Below, one piece after another: positions 27,150 to 37,130 of a stretch of 64,000 nucleotides of DNA. Each line of letters begins with the position of its first letter. Positions within the stretch are counted from its first letter, which is position 1. The position numbers and the translations under genes were made by a program. The notes beneath the pieces are model-generated. The model made no database searches and was not told where the DNA came from. It saw only the letters and a list, made by a program, of their open reading frames with translations. This DNA is from Oligoflexia bacterium (GTDB lineage Bacteria; Bdellovibrionota; UBA1018), in NCBI GenBank assembly GCA_014376785.1, contig JACMQW010000018.1, forward strand, positions 9,536-73,535, given 5' to 3'.

Positions 27150-27628
27150 CCATGGAGTCGTTGCCCCGATCGAAGTCCGGTTGCGGGCGCTGTTAAATTT
27201 TTCGATGAAGGTCTATCGACTGACAAGCCGCTCTCCTACTTCCCGCTGCATTCTCCAAGAGCACTAAAAGGTGATCGTGGTCATAAGGAATAACCTTTAC
27301 CGGCTGATCGCCCGGCGAGGTGTTGAAGTCCTAAATGGTTCGATCGAAAGCGCCGTTCAAGGCGTGGCGGACGATGGTGTTTCTCGCGCTAAGAGGAGTC
27401 TCTCCGTTCCCAGCGCGATTAACTTAACAGGTGCAAACCAAAGCTAAGTTTTTGAACTCATGAAAGGTTTCCCCATGACGAGTTCGCGTTAGAATCTCAG
27501 TATTATTTCTCTCTTATCTCCCGAAGCATTTCCATAAAAAACACCTGCTTCGCTCGAATAAAAAAACGAATACATCGCGCAATCGAAAGTTCGATCCCAA
27601 GGTTTTCTTTCACACGCTGATCGTCTTA

Positions 27629-28397
27629 GTGGGCGGGGAAAATCACGAAGGTTACTCACATGCGCTGATGAAAGTATGGAGCGGAAAACGCAGATTAGAA
27701 AATGCGCCCGCCCGAAGCTCCCTCGCTCGTCTCCGAAAATGGATCTCCTACCTCTTCTTCAAAGATCATTTCGAGAAACTCGTAAAGAAAGCGGACGCTG
27801 TTAGATCGACCTATTTAGGGCTTCGAATCTACGCCATCGACGGGCAGATGTTGACGCTTCCCAAATCAAAAGAAATCACGCAGGCGGGCTTCACGGGCGT
27901 GAGCAAGGATCTGAGATTTACGAACCGAGCGCGAGAGCCTGGTGATTTACGACCGACTGTACTTTGGAGTGAGGCTCGTGAAGGCGCACTACCGCCGCGG
28001 TAATCACTTTTTATTTCGCCTGAAAAAGAACGCGAATAGGGAGATTGCGGCGTTCTTTCAAGACCCGGCCCGGCCGACGACCGCCACGTTTATGCTCGGA
28101 GAAAAGTTTGAGGTGAATCTCGTACGCATCTTTGACGCGAAAAACAGAAGGCACGACGTCTTCGCAACGAGCTTGCCGATCGATTTCTTGAAGCCGCATT
28201 TAATTGCGAAACTCTACCGGCTCCGCTGGGAAGTGGAGACCTCGTTTCTAGAGCTCACGGGCATCACGAAGGCAGAACAGTGGCATTCGAAATCCGTGAA
28301 CGGCATCCTGCAGGAGCTCTACGCGAAGTTTTGGCTCATTAACTACACGAAGCTTCAGATTCACGCTCAGACCCAGAAACCGAGGGGTTCTATATGA
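27629..28397 (+). mobile_element. IS4-family transposase remnant (frameshifted, 5'-truncated)
   Basis: Two overlapping ORFs lie in different frames (27629-28003 and 27942-28397). The second carries the IS4 signature LYRLRWEVETSFLELTG. Combined they give ~255 aa against ~400 aa for an intact transposase. Confidence 0.65.
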
Positions 28398-28744
28398 ATT
28401 CGATTGCTTACGAAAAAGGTCACTGGAGAGGAGGAAGCATCGATCACGACGCTACAAACGAGAGATTAAGAAACCGCTAAGTCCTTATCCTTACAACAAT
28501 TGCAAATGGGTTTGGGACGCTTAAGGCAACGGCATTACACGAAGAGTGCGCATTTTCTCTGGTCAGGTGTCTAAATTTTTTACAGTTTGTGCAAATTGTC
28601 CTATGACTCGAAACTTTGTAAGATCTTGTAATCACGATCTAATTTATCCGCTGAGAAAATTGACTGTGCGCGGCACGGTCTTGGCATTAGCCCGCCCGGG
28701 TATCTTAAAGATCCCGTGACGAAAAGATGCCCCCGGAGAAATTT

Positions 28745-29692
28745 ATGAAAATGATGAAACAAGCAGGATTTGGAATTTTGAGCGCACTCTCACTCGTTGG
28801 TTGTGGCGGCGGAGGTGGGGGCGCGGCTCCTGCTCAGCCCGCAGCAGCGATGAATCCCACCGGAAATTATTACCAGACGCAAGGATCGCAACCCTACAAT
28901 TGCCAATCGGGCATGATCCAACTCCGAAACGCTTTCGGACAAACCCAATGTTTCAATACGGTGAATCTCGCTGAAGCCTGCATCCAGGCCCGCGGCATTT
29001 TCCAAGGAAACCTCTGCCGACGCGAACGAGTGATTCCATCCCGGAATGCGGTTTTTACGGTTCGGAACGTCCAGCCTTATTTCCCAGTCACCATTCCAGG
29101 AATTTCGGCTAGCCTCTATGCCGGAGAATCGCTGAAGCTTTCCGGATGTCTTGATAATGGGTATGGCGATGCAGAATGGAGCGCGCAACTTCTTCAAGGA
29201 GGAGTCGCAGTGGGTTCCGCATCGAGCCAATCCATGGTGATGAACGGTCAAAGCTCTGACAATTTTACGATTGCAGCAACGAGCTCAGGTTTTGCCGGCG
29301 GCGTAGGATACGCAAACGGTGGATATCAAACTCCTGGCTATCAGAACACCGGTTACCCAAACACAGGATATCAAAATACGGGATACCCAAACACAGGATA
29401 TCAAAATACGGGATACCCAAACACAGGATATCAAAACACCGGTTACCAGAATCAAGCCCCCTACAATAATGGGGCCTATACCAACACTCCCTATCCGAAT
29501 ACGGGCGCTTATCCGAATGCCGGAGTTTACCCGAATGGCCAAACGCCTTACGGAAACACGATGGCGATGATTCCGCAGAGCTACGATTTGCAGATTATGT
29601 TTGAGTACCGTGAGCCTAAAGTGAAGATCGCGCTGAAAATGTCGGCAGTCACCTGCGAAGACGGTCACGGAAACAACTATGCTTGCCCTTAA
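28745..29692 (+). CDS. Lipoprotein with G-Y-(Q/P)-N-T pentapeptide tandem repeats
   Basis: ATG at 28745 with a GGAGAA RBS. MKMMKQAGFGILSALSLVGCGGGGGG carries the lipobox LVGC. The repeat block reads GYQTPGYQNTGYPNTGYQNTGYPNTGYQNTGYPNTGYQNTGYQNQ. Confidence 0.65.
   Translation: MKMMKQAGFGILSALSLVGCGGGGGGAAPAQPAAAMNPTGNYYQTQGSQPYNCQSGMIQLRNAFGQTQCFNTVNLAEACIQARGIFQGNLCRRERVIPSRNAVFTVRNVQPYFPVTIPGISASLYAGESLKLSGCLDNGYGDAEWSAQLLQGGVAVGSASSQSMVMNGQSSDNFTIAATSSGFAGGVGYANGGYQTPGYQNTGYPNTGYQNTGYPNTGYQNTGYPNTGYQNTGYQNQAPYNNGAYTNTPYPNTGAYPNAGVYPNGQTPYGNTMAMIPQSYDLQIMFEYREPKVKIALKMSAVTCEDGHGNNYACP
29321..29455 (+). repeat. 9x tandem 15-nt coding repeat (period 15; two perfect 30-nt copies at 29366-29395 and 29396-29425)
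   Basis: GGATATCAAAATACGGGATACCCAAACACA is duplicated exactly. The adjacent units are degenerate. Confidence 0.8.
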
Positions 29693-29718
29693 GGATCGGC
29701 TAGCCTCATCCTTAACGG

Positions 29719-32346
29719 ATGAATCGCAACGAACCACGCAACAAGCGACGTAAAGGCGAAGTAAAAGGTAAGGCCACTCAGGCTAAGCCCGGCGCTTCAA
29801 AGGTAAAATCAGAATCCGACGAAGCCCCGCGAGAGTCTCGCGAGGCTTTTGTCTTTACGGATCGGTCGGGTAAACAGCACCTGCTGCCCCCACGTGGAAA
29901 TTCAGCCGGGAATTCACACGCTCCCCTGAAACGCGATCATGATTCCGGTCGGAAACCGGAACAGGGTGGAAGAAAGTTTCCGCGAGGTCCTGGGAAACCA
30001 GCGGATCGTCAACCGAATGGCGGCACAAACGCTGGCGCGAAACCTTCCTTCTCGTTCAAAGCGCGCGGTGAAGATTCACCTGCTTTCCGCTCTCCCGCGG
30101 ATCGACCGCGTGACCGCACGAACGACCGAGGACGTGATGGTCGCGGGAATCGGGATTCGAACCGCAGTTCGCGTGGGCCTCATTCGGATCGAGGCAGCTC
30201 GCGAGGCGACCGTGAAAACTCTCGCGGTGACCGCGGCAGTTCACGAGGCGGAAGAGGTGAACCCCGCTCAGATCGTGGTGGTTCTCGAGGTGAACGCGGA
30301 GCCAGTCGGAGGGATCGCAACGACCGAGGTGACCGAGGTAGTAATCGGTCACGACGTCCGAGTGCGCCGCACGTTCCAAGCGAGAGCGATTTCAAATTAA
30401 AAGCTCGGATCGATAAAAACCGAAAAGGTTTTGCGTTTCTCCAATTTGAAAGCCGTGAATACGAGGACGCTTTCCTAAGCCCATTCGAGGCCGAACGATT
30501 CTTTCATGGCGACCGGGTCGAAGCCGTAGTTACGGAAGAGGGCGAAGTCGTCGAAGTGCGCGTGATCGAACATCGATTCCGCGAACTTGTGGGTCGTTAC
30601 TACCGCACGGGTAAAAACGGCATGGTCGTATACGAGCGGAAAAAAGCGCGCGAAGAATTATTAGTCGTAGGAGATTCGAAAAGCGCGAAAACTCGCGACT
30701 GGGTTCGTGCGAAAGTGATTTATCCGGAAGAAGAAAACGGACGCATCACTTGTGAAATCCTCGAAGCCTACGGTGAAGAGTTGCCGGCCAGCGCGGACAT
30801 TCAGATGGTTTCCGCAGAATACAATCTGGTCGAGGAGCATTCTCCAGAAGCAGTAGCCGAAGCCGAAAGTTTTAAGCTCGACCTCGCGGATCCTCACCGA
30901 GTGGATCTGCGCCATGTTCCTTTCATCACCATCGATGGTGAAACCGCTCGTGACTTCGATGATGCCGTTTACGTCGAACGCAATCGTGAAAATGGCTACA
31001 CGCTTTGGGTGGCGATCGCCGATGTCTCTCATTACGTTAGGCCCGGAACCACGCTCGATGATGAGGCGCTTTCGCGCGGGACTTCGGTGTATTTTCCGGA
31101 GCGGGCATTTCACATGCTCCCTCGCGCACTCTCAGAAAACCTCTGTTCGCTTCGGCCGGATGGTCCTCGGCTCACGATGACCGCTAAAATCGATTACGAC
31201 CGAACGGGTAAAAAGCTTCGAGTCGAAGTGATGAACTCGCTCATCCAAAGTCGGAGAAGAGCGACCTACAACGAAATCCAAAAAGAGGCCGACGAAAACG
31301 TCGGCGTGGCGGGTTGGGAATTCCGCGTGCATTACGATCTGTACGCCATTCTTCGAAAGAAAAAAAACGAACGCGGTTCCATCGATTTCGATCTTCCCGA
31401 AGCCGAAGTGAAAGTCGAACCGACCGGCGAACCGATCTCAATCAAAAACCGACCCCGTCTGGATGCACATCGGTTGATCGAAGAGTTCATGATCGCGGCG
31501 AACGAATCCGTGACGGAATGGGCGCTGGAACGCGAGTGGCCTTTCGTCTACCGCGTGCACGACGAACCCTCCGCGGGTGCGATGGCGAAATTCGCTGATC
31601 TCTGCAAACACCATGGTGTGCCCTTCGTGGTGGACAAAGATAATCTCGGCGAAGCGTTGAACGAAGTCGTGAAATCCCTCGAAGGAAATCCGGCCCAGAT
31701 TCTGCTGAATATGGCGCTCCTTCGTTCGATGGCCCAAGCTCACTACTCGTCCGCACATGGGATCCATTTTGGCCTCGCTTCGCAAGCTTACACGCACTTT
31801 ACCTCGCCGATTCGCCGGTATCCCGATTTGGTCGTGCATCGCATGTTAAAGCTCGCTCTGGATTACGAACGCGAGAAGAAGATTCTCGAAGATGACGAGC
31901 GTGAAGAAATCGAAAAAAAGTTAGCCGAAATCACCGAACACTGTAGCTACCGTGAGCGGATCGCGTCGGATGCCGAACGCGAGTCCATTAAACTCAAGCA
32001 AACTCGTATTATGCTGAAAGAGATCGGAAATGAATTCCCAGCAAAGGTGAATGGGATGTTAGAGGCGGGAATGTTTGCGACTCTGGAAGATCCCTTCGTG
32101 GAAGGTTTCATCGCAACCGAAGCGATGGCAGGAGATTCTTTTTCATTCAACGTCGAACGCCAGGTATTCGTCGGTCGACGAAGCAAGAAAACCTTTAAGA
32201 TCGGGGATTCGATTCGCGTGCGCGTAGACAACGTGGATCTCGATCTTCGGCGCATCGATCTCGGATTGGTCGCGGACGATTCGGATCGCGTGCCGACGGT
32301 TGCTGAAACGATGAAGGAACTGCTGAAGGCGGACGACGAATCATGA
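29719..32346 (+). CDS. rnr: Ribonuclease R (RNB family 3'-5' exoribonuclease) with ~225-aa N-terminal Arg/Gly/Ser/Asp-rich low-complexity extension
   Basis: The cold-shock region is KGFAFLQFESREYEDAFL...HGDRVEAVV. The RNB catalytic core contains FITIDGETARDFDDAVYVE. A C-terminal S1-like domain is present. The N-terminus is DRGSSRGDRENSRGDRGSSRGGRGEPRSDRGGSRGERGASRRDRNDRGDRGSNRS. Confidence 0.85.
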   Translation: MNRNEPRNKRRKGEVKGKATQAKPGASKVKSESDEAPRESREAFVFTDRSGKQHLLPPRGNSAGNSHAPLKRDHDSGRKPEQGGRKFPRGPGKPADRQPNGGTNAGAKPSFSFKARGEDSPAFRSPADRPRDRTNDRGRDGRGNRDSNRSSRGPHSDRGSSRGDRENSRGDRGSSRGGRGEPRSDRGGSRGERGASRRDRNDRGDRGSNRSRRPSAPHVPSESDFKLKARIDKNRKGFAFLQFESREYEDAFLSPFEAERFFHGDRVEAVVTEEGEVVEVRVIEHRFRELVGRYYRTGKNGMVVYERKKAREELLVVGDSKSAKTRDWVRAKVIYPEEENGRITCEILEAYGEELPASADIQMVSAEYNLVEEHSPEAVAEAESFKLDLADPHRVDLRHVPFITIDGETARDFDDAVYVERNRENGYTLWVAIADVSHYVRPGTTLDDEALSRGTSVYFPERAFHMLPRALSENLCSLRPDGPRLTMTAKIDYDRTGKKLRVEVMNSLIQSRRRATYNEIQKEADENVGVAGWEFRVHYDLYAILRKKKNERGSIDFDLPEAEVKVEPTGEPISIKNRPRLDAHRLIEEFMIAANESVTEWALEREWPFVYRVHDEPSAGAMAKFADLCKHHGVPFVVDKDNLGEALNEVVKSLEGNPAQILLNMALLRSMAQAHYSSAHGIHFGLASQAYTHFTSPIRRYPDLVVHRMLKLALDYEREKKILEDDEREEIEKKLAEITEHCSYRERIASDAERESIKLKQTRIMLKEIGNEFPAKVNGMLEAGMFATLEDPFVEGFIATEAMAGDSFSFNVERQVFVGRRSKKTFKIGDSIRVRVDNVDLDLRRIDLGLVADDSDRVPTVAETMKELLKADDES

Positions 32347-34001
32347 AATGGCTTCGGAGAGGACGTCAGCTGAATCTGGCTGTCCGCAATTCGAGACGGC
32401 TCCGCGAAATCCTCGGTGTTTTCGCAAAACACGGATTCACCGACGTCGCCGTTCGGATGGACCTGGAGCGGTTTCTTCCCGCACGGTGGAAATCGGGACT
32501 GATCGCCGCGAGTGATCGTCCGACGGAAGAACGTCTACGCATTGCATTCGAGGAACTCGGGCCGACATTCGTCAAGCTTGGGCAGGTTCTGGCGACCCGT
32601 TCTGATTTGATTCCCCAAGATTTCGTCGATGAATTAAAAAAACTGCAGGATAACGTTTCGACCCTTCCTTTCGAAATGATTCGCACTGTAGTCGAGAGAG
32701 AACTCGGAAAACCACTGACGGAGGCTTTCGCTTCGTTTGAAGAAAAACCCATTGCTGCCGCTAGTATCGCGCAAGTTCACGGAGCTGTTCTACCGACCGG
32801 TGAAAAAGTCGTCGTAAAAATTCAAAGGCCCGATCTCGAGCGAATCATTAATCGAGATGTGGCGCTTTTAGATTTTCTAGCAAAGCTTTTAGAAAAATAC
32901 GTGCCGGAGTCTCGAATCTTCGCGCCAGCCACGATCGTCGATGAGTTTTTTCGCACGCTCAAGCTCGAACTCGATTTCCATATCGAAGCAAATAACATCG
33001 GCCGCATCACGGAAAATCTTGCTGAATTTAAAGATGTGAAGCTGCCGCACGTCTACCGCACGCACTCGACGCGCCACATTCTGACCCTAGAACGGTTTTT
33101 CGGTATTCCGATGACCCAGATCGCTGAAGTGAAAGCGAAGGGTTATGATTTGAAGCATCTCAATGAAGTGGGCGCCCGTGCTTTCTTCAAGACCGTCGTG
33201 AAAGACGGTATTTTTCACGGTGACCTTCATGGCGGGAATCTTTTTGTTTTAGAGGACGGTAAGCTCGGGCTCATCGATTTTGGAATTGTGGGGCGTCTCT
33301 CGCGCCGTTCCCGCCAACAGCTCTCGAGCATGGTCTTGGCGATCATGACTGAGGATTTCGAAGCGCTTTGTTACCAATACGCGGAACTGGGTTCGGCAGG
33401 ACCGAACGTGGATTTTGATGGGTTCCAGCGCGAAGTGCGAAACGCATTGGCTCCTTACCTAGGGCTGAGAGCAAAAGACATCAACTCGGGGCAAGTCCTC
33501 ATCGAGGCCACGAAAATTGCGGCGAAGTATGAAATTCGTGTGCCCGGCGACTGGATGATTGTTTTCCGCGCTCTGTTTACGGTGGAGGGACTCGGCCGGG
33601 AGCTGGATCCTGATTTCGACATGATGACTTTGGGTCGGGAACTTATGGTCGATTTGGTGAAAGACCAGTATTCTCCTGAGAACTTTTCGAAAGACGCGCT
33701 TTGGATCGCGAAAGACATGATGGCGCTTGCGCTGGTCTTGCCGCGGCAGATTCGTTGGATGTTTAAAAAATTCAGCGCAGACGGCTACGCGTTCGAAGTG
33801 AAATCTCCGCAGCTCGACCAACTGACCGCAGGTCTCGAGCGAAATACCCGAAAGCTCAGTCTCTCGATCCTGACGACGGGACTGGTCATAGCGGCCGCAC
33901 TCAGTATGCAGGCTCCCGAAGCCATCCATCGCTTTAAGGGGTATCCGGCCCCGACGATCGTGCTTTTAGTTTTAGCGCTTTGGACTTGGTTCAGAGTCTA
34001 G
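32343..34001 (+). CDS. ubiB: UbiB/ABC1 atypical kinase family protein (ubiquinone biosynthesis)
   Basis: ASIAQVHGAVLPTGEKVVVKIQRP and FHGDLHGGNLFVLEDGKLGLIDFGIVGRL are present. C-terminal TM helices. ATGA overlap with rnr. Confidence 0.8.
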   Translation: MKWLRRGRQLNLAVRNSRRLREILGVFAKHGFTDVAVRMDLERFLPARWKSGLIAASDRPTEERLRIAFEELGPTFVKLGQVLATRSDLIPQDFVDELKKLQDNVSTLPFEMIRTVVERELGKPLTEAFASFEEKPIAAASIAQVHGAVLPTGEKVVVKIQRPDLERIINRDVALLDFLAKLLEKYVPESRIFAPATIVDEFFRTLKLELDFHIEANNIGRITENLAEFKDVKLPHVYRTHSTRHILTLERFFGIPMTQIAEVKAKGYDLKHLNEVGARAFFKTVVKDGIFHGDLHGGNLFVLEDGKLGLIDFGIVGRLSRRSRQQLSSMVLAIMTEDFEALCYQYAELGSAGPNVDFDGFQREVRNALAPYLGLRAKDINSGQVLIEATKIAAKYEIRVPGDWMIVFRALFTVEGLGRELDPDFDMMTLGRELMVDLVKDQYSPENFSKDALWIAKDMMALALVLPRQIRWMFKKFSADGYAFEVKSPQLDQLTAGLERNTRKLSLSILTTGLVIAAALSMQAPEAIHRFKGYPAPTIVLLVLALWTWFRV

Positions 34002-34020
34002 TTTCGGCGATCGATGTGAG

Positions 34021-34209
34021 CTAGTTCTCGCCCTTATTTTTCGCGCGAATTTTGACGTTCTCACCTCGAACGATCACTTCGACATCGATGGGTCGGCAGC
34101 AGACTTCGCAGTCATAAACGAACGATTGTTCTTCGCCTTCTGACGGGTCGACAAGGATTGAAAAGCTTTCCCAGCAATACGGACACTGTATTTCTTTTTC
34201 GTCGAGCAT
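34021..34209 (-). CDS. CPXCG-type cysteine-rich zinc-ribbon small protein
   Basis: MLDEKEIQCPYCWESFSILVDPSEGEEQSFVYDCEVCCRPIDVEVIV matches the Cys-rich CPXCG family pattern (CPYC...CxVCCRPI). The track ORF extends to 34317 with a non-conserved leader. Confidence 0.5.
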   Translation of the reverse strand: MLDEKEIQCPYCWESFSILVDPSEGEEQSFVYDCEVCCRPIDVEVIVRGENVKIRAKNKGEN

Positions 34210-34320
34210 GGCCCCTCCAGCCAAGAGTATTTTGCCGATTGTTCCGCTAATCCAGTAGTTTGACAATCTAAACGGGGGACATGGATGTTCCGCCGCTGAA
34301 TTCAAGGATGAGGTCATCTA

Positions 34321-36381
34321 ATGAGAAAATGCTGGGGCGGGTTACTTGGACTACTGGCGATGGTGTCGCTCTGCCTTGCCTACGCGCAAATGGCCCATGC
34401 GGCGGACGATCCCGCGCCCTTGGCTGGCGCTGCGGCAGACTCTTCTGACGATGGGGTCGATGATGATGCTACGCCCGCTCCAGATACCGCGCCCGCAGCG
34501 GCCGATATGGCCCTCACCGATTGCCAAAACGAATTGGCGAAGGCTTTCGAAAAATTAATCACCGACGATCAGTCAAAGATCCTCGAAAAACAGCTTCAAA
34601 TCACGACCTATAAGCTCGCTGCCGCGACGTTGCTTGCGAAGAATAAGACGGTCGAGGATTACGTGAGCCAAGAAGAGGCGACGATTAAGCAACTCAACGA
34701 CCGCGATTCTCAAGGTGGGAAAAGAAAAAGCACCCAGCAACAGTTGCTCGACCTGTATGTAAAATATGGCGAGGACGCTGATGACAACACCATTCGGGCC
34801 CGGTTTAAAGAGAGCCTCCAGAAACTTCCGAACGGCGCTTACATGCGACTTAGCACCCGCTTTAAAAACGAAGACCTGTCTGCCTTCGCGCGGGCAAGCA
34901 TGCTGGCCCAACCTGATCATCCCTATTACAACCAGAATGACGTTTCGATTCTCTGGTTCCAAAGTCAGATTTCCCGTGGAGTGACCGCCCGAATGGGGCG
35001 CGGTTCGGCCCCCGCTAATTTTCAGGAAATTTCTACCCAAGTCGCGGTGTTGACAGGTTTTACGGGGGAGGCCCCGAAGTCCGTGACCGAATTAAAATCT
35101 CAAATTGCGGATGCGCAGAAGTGGATCGATGACGAACTCGAAAAGGTCATGAACACTTACAAAGACGACGTGAAAGCATCCTGTAAGAAGGAAGACCTCT
35201 GCGAATCTTGCGGGACGAAGGTTGCAAATCGAGACACGGCTTTCACCAAGGCCATGGATAACGTCATTTCAAAAATGAAGCAGGAAGGAGTCGGTCAGGG
35301 TAAGGGCGAAAAAATCGACAAAGTCATCGCTCAGATGAAGGGCCAGGGAATTACCCTTGATTTAAAGCCAGTGTCCTCGGCAAAACGTAAATCGAAAGCC
35401 ATTGCGGCCCGTGTTCGTCGTCCGGAAAAAGAAGTCAGGCGAGACCTCGCAGAAACTCATGTGATTCCGCGAGGGGCGGCTGCGAAACAGAGCCCGCCCA
35501 CTCCCCGAGTGACTTCATCAAAAAATTCCGCAAGCAATGCCGCGGTGGCGCCCGCCCGCCCGCCGGTAAAATCGTTTGTGACCCAACCGGACACTTCGAC
35601 GGTGAACATCCCAGTCATTCCAAACTTACCCGCCTCTGCCGCAGATACCACGGTCGTTCGTGTGAAGAATACAGCCACTCAAGACACCCTGAAGTCCGCA
35701 ACGGCTCCGACCGTTCCTAAAAAAGTGAAAGTCAAAACCGAAGACCAGAGTGGAAAAGTAAAAATTAAAATAAAGTCGAAAGATGGGATGGGAAGTCCTA
35801 CTGCAGATGTTACAACCGCAAGCCGAGGGCCGCTCCGAGTAGAAGAAGCGAAGGCAAACCCTTCAGTAGTTCCCACGATCATCAATCCTACTATTGGACC
35901 GCTGGTGAAAAGCGTTCAAGATTACCAAAAGTCGCAGATCGAAGCTGCGACAAAAAGAATTGCGGCAGTGAGTGAGTCTGTGGAAGAGGCAGTCGAAGCG
36001 CAGCCCACGGCAAAAGCCGTACAAGGCTCCATGCTGACTCGCTTTCTGCCGATATCCACGGTCGACGGCGAATCTCAGGACCTGAAGGCACCCATAGCTG
36101 ACGCCACGTATGAAAATATGGGCGAGGGTGAGAAAAACCAGATAAAGCTGGGGAAACTGCGGGCCGGGAACTGTGACATGACTCTCTACCTAGTGAAGCA
36201 GAATGGGTCTCACTTAAACCGAGCCATCATCCAAAATATAAAAACAAAGAAGAAAATGGTCGCAAAAAAAATCAATCCGAAAGAGATCGGGGCGGGATAT
36301 CAAGCTCCCGAAGTCATCGCGAAAGATGTTGGAGAGCGTGAAGACGTTTTCAAATTCTGTCGTACGGAAAATGCGTCATGA
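34321..36381 (+). CDS. Large secreted hypothetical protein (acidic N-terminus, Lys-rich C-terminal half)
   Basis: Signal MRKCWGGLLGLLAMVSLCLAYAQMAHA. A low-complexity DDPAPLAGAAADSSDDGVDDD region and a KVKVKTEDQSGKVKIKIKSKDG patch are present. 686 aa. Confidence 0.55.
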   Translation: MRKCWGGLLGLLAMVSLCLAYAQMAHAADDPAPLAGAAADSSDDGVDDDATPAPDTAPAAADMALTDCQNELAKAFEKLITDDQSKILEKQLQITTYKLAAATLLAKNKTVEDYVSQEEATIKQLNDRDSQGGKRKSTQQQLLDLYVKYGEDADDNTIRARFKESLQKLPNGAYMRLSTRFKNEDLSAFARASMLAQPDHPYYNQNDVSILWFQSQISRGVTARMGRGSAPANFQEISTQVAVLTGFTGEAPKSVTELKSQIADAQKWIDDELEKVMNTYKDDVKASCKKEDLCESCGTKVANRDTAFTKAMDNVISKMKQEGVGQGKGEKIDKVIAQMKGQGITLDLKPVSSAKRKSKAIAARVRRPEKEVRRDLAETHVIPRGAAAKQSPPTPRVTSSKNSASNAAVAPARPPVKSFVTQPDTSTVNIPVIPNLPASAADTTVVRVKNTATQDTLKSATAPTVPKKVKVKTEDQSGKVKIKIKSKDGMGSPTADVTTASRGPLRVEEAKANPSVVPTIINPTIGPLVKSVQDYQKSQIEAATKRIAAVSESVEEAVEAQPTAKAVQGSMLTRFLPISTVDGESQDLKAPIADATYENMGEGEKNQIKLGKLRAGNCDMTLYLVKQNGSHLNRAIIQNIKTKKKMVAKKINPKEIGAGYQAPEVIAKDVGEREDVFKFCRTENAS

Positions 36382-37130
36382 TTTTAATCACGGGAGCGAG
36401 CAGCGGAATCGGTGAAGCCACCGCCGAAACATTCGCTCGAGCGGGAGCGCCTCTCGTTCTCTGGGCTCGGAGACTCGAGCGGCTAGAGGCAGTGAAGATC
36501 AGGTGCCTGGAACTCGGTGCGGCTCAGGTCCATGTGGCAAGCCTCGACGTTCGAGATCCGAAGGCCATCCATCATGAGATTTCGACTCATCAAGAAATCT
36601 ATTCCAGCCTGACAGTGCTTGTGAATAATGCCGGACTCGCGCGCGGACTCTCGACGTTTCAGGACGCTGATCCGAGTGACTTCGAGGCGATGATCGACAC
36701 GAATATCAAAGGCTTCTTAAACGTCACCAAGGCGGTGCTCCCTGGATTCTTAAAAAAAAACCATGGGCATCTGGTTCACCTCGGGTCGGTCGCTGGGAGA
36801 TGGAATTATCCAAAGGGTCACGTCTATTGCGCGACTAAGGCTGCGGTAAAAGCGCTCAGTGAAGGCATTCGAATGGATTTAAACGGCACTGCGATTCGCG
36901 TGACGGAAATTGCGCCGGGAATGGTGGACACCGAGTTTAGCACCGTGAGGCTTGGCGATGCAGATCGTGCGAAAGGAGTTTACGCGGGCATGACCCCGCT
37001 CCTCGCTTCCGATATCGCAGACGCGATTCACTGGTGTGCGACCCGCCCACCGCATGTGAATATCCAGGAAATGGTGATTTATCCGGTAGACCAAGCAAGT
37101 CCGACGCTGGTCTCTAGGCGGGGATTATGA
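36378..37130 (+). CDS. SDR family NADP-dependent oxidoreductase (YdfG-like)
   Basis: ILITGASSGIG is the cofactor motif. YCATKAAV is YxxxK and NAGL is also present. It overlaps the upstream stop (ATGA). Confidence 0.85.
   Translation: MILITGASSGIGEATAETFARAGAPLVLWARRLERLEAVKIRCLELGAAQVHVASLDVRDPKAIHHEISTHQEIYSSLTVLVNNAGLARGLSTFQDADPSDFEAMIDTNIKGFLNVTKAVLPGFLKKNHGHLVHLGSVAGRWNYPKGHVYCATKAAVKALSEGIRMDLNGTAIRVTEIAPGMVDTEFSTVRLGDADRAKGVYAGMTPLLASDIADAIHWCATRPPHVNIQEMVIYPVDQASPTLVSRRGL

Noticed and set aside
26937-27293. Plus-strand ORFs (118 and 64 aa) over the beta-propeller fragment
   Set aside because: They are antisense to the recognisable YVTN-repeat reading frame. Their translations are Arg-rich and low-complexity.
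29321-29455. Regular short direct repeats that might suggest a CRISPR array
   Set aside because: The period is 15 nt with no spacers. It is in-frame coding (GYQNT/GYPNT) inside a lipoprotein gene, and no cas genes are present.
30152-30163. GGGATTCGAACC, which looks like the reverse complement of a tRNA T-arm
   Set aside because: It is inside the rnr coding sequence with no acceptor or anticodon arms around it, so it is a coincidental match.
29939-30400. Three overlapping ORFs (29939-30400 +, 30056-30379 -, 30180-30395 -) inside the 5' part of rnr
   Set aside because: They lie wholly within the GC-rich, repeat-containing RG/SR-coding stretch of the continuous rnr ORF. Open alternative frames are expected in such low-complexity GC-rich DNA.
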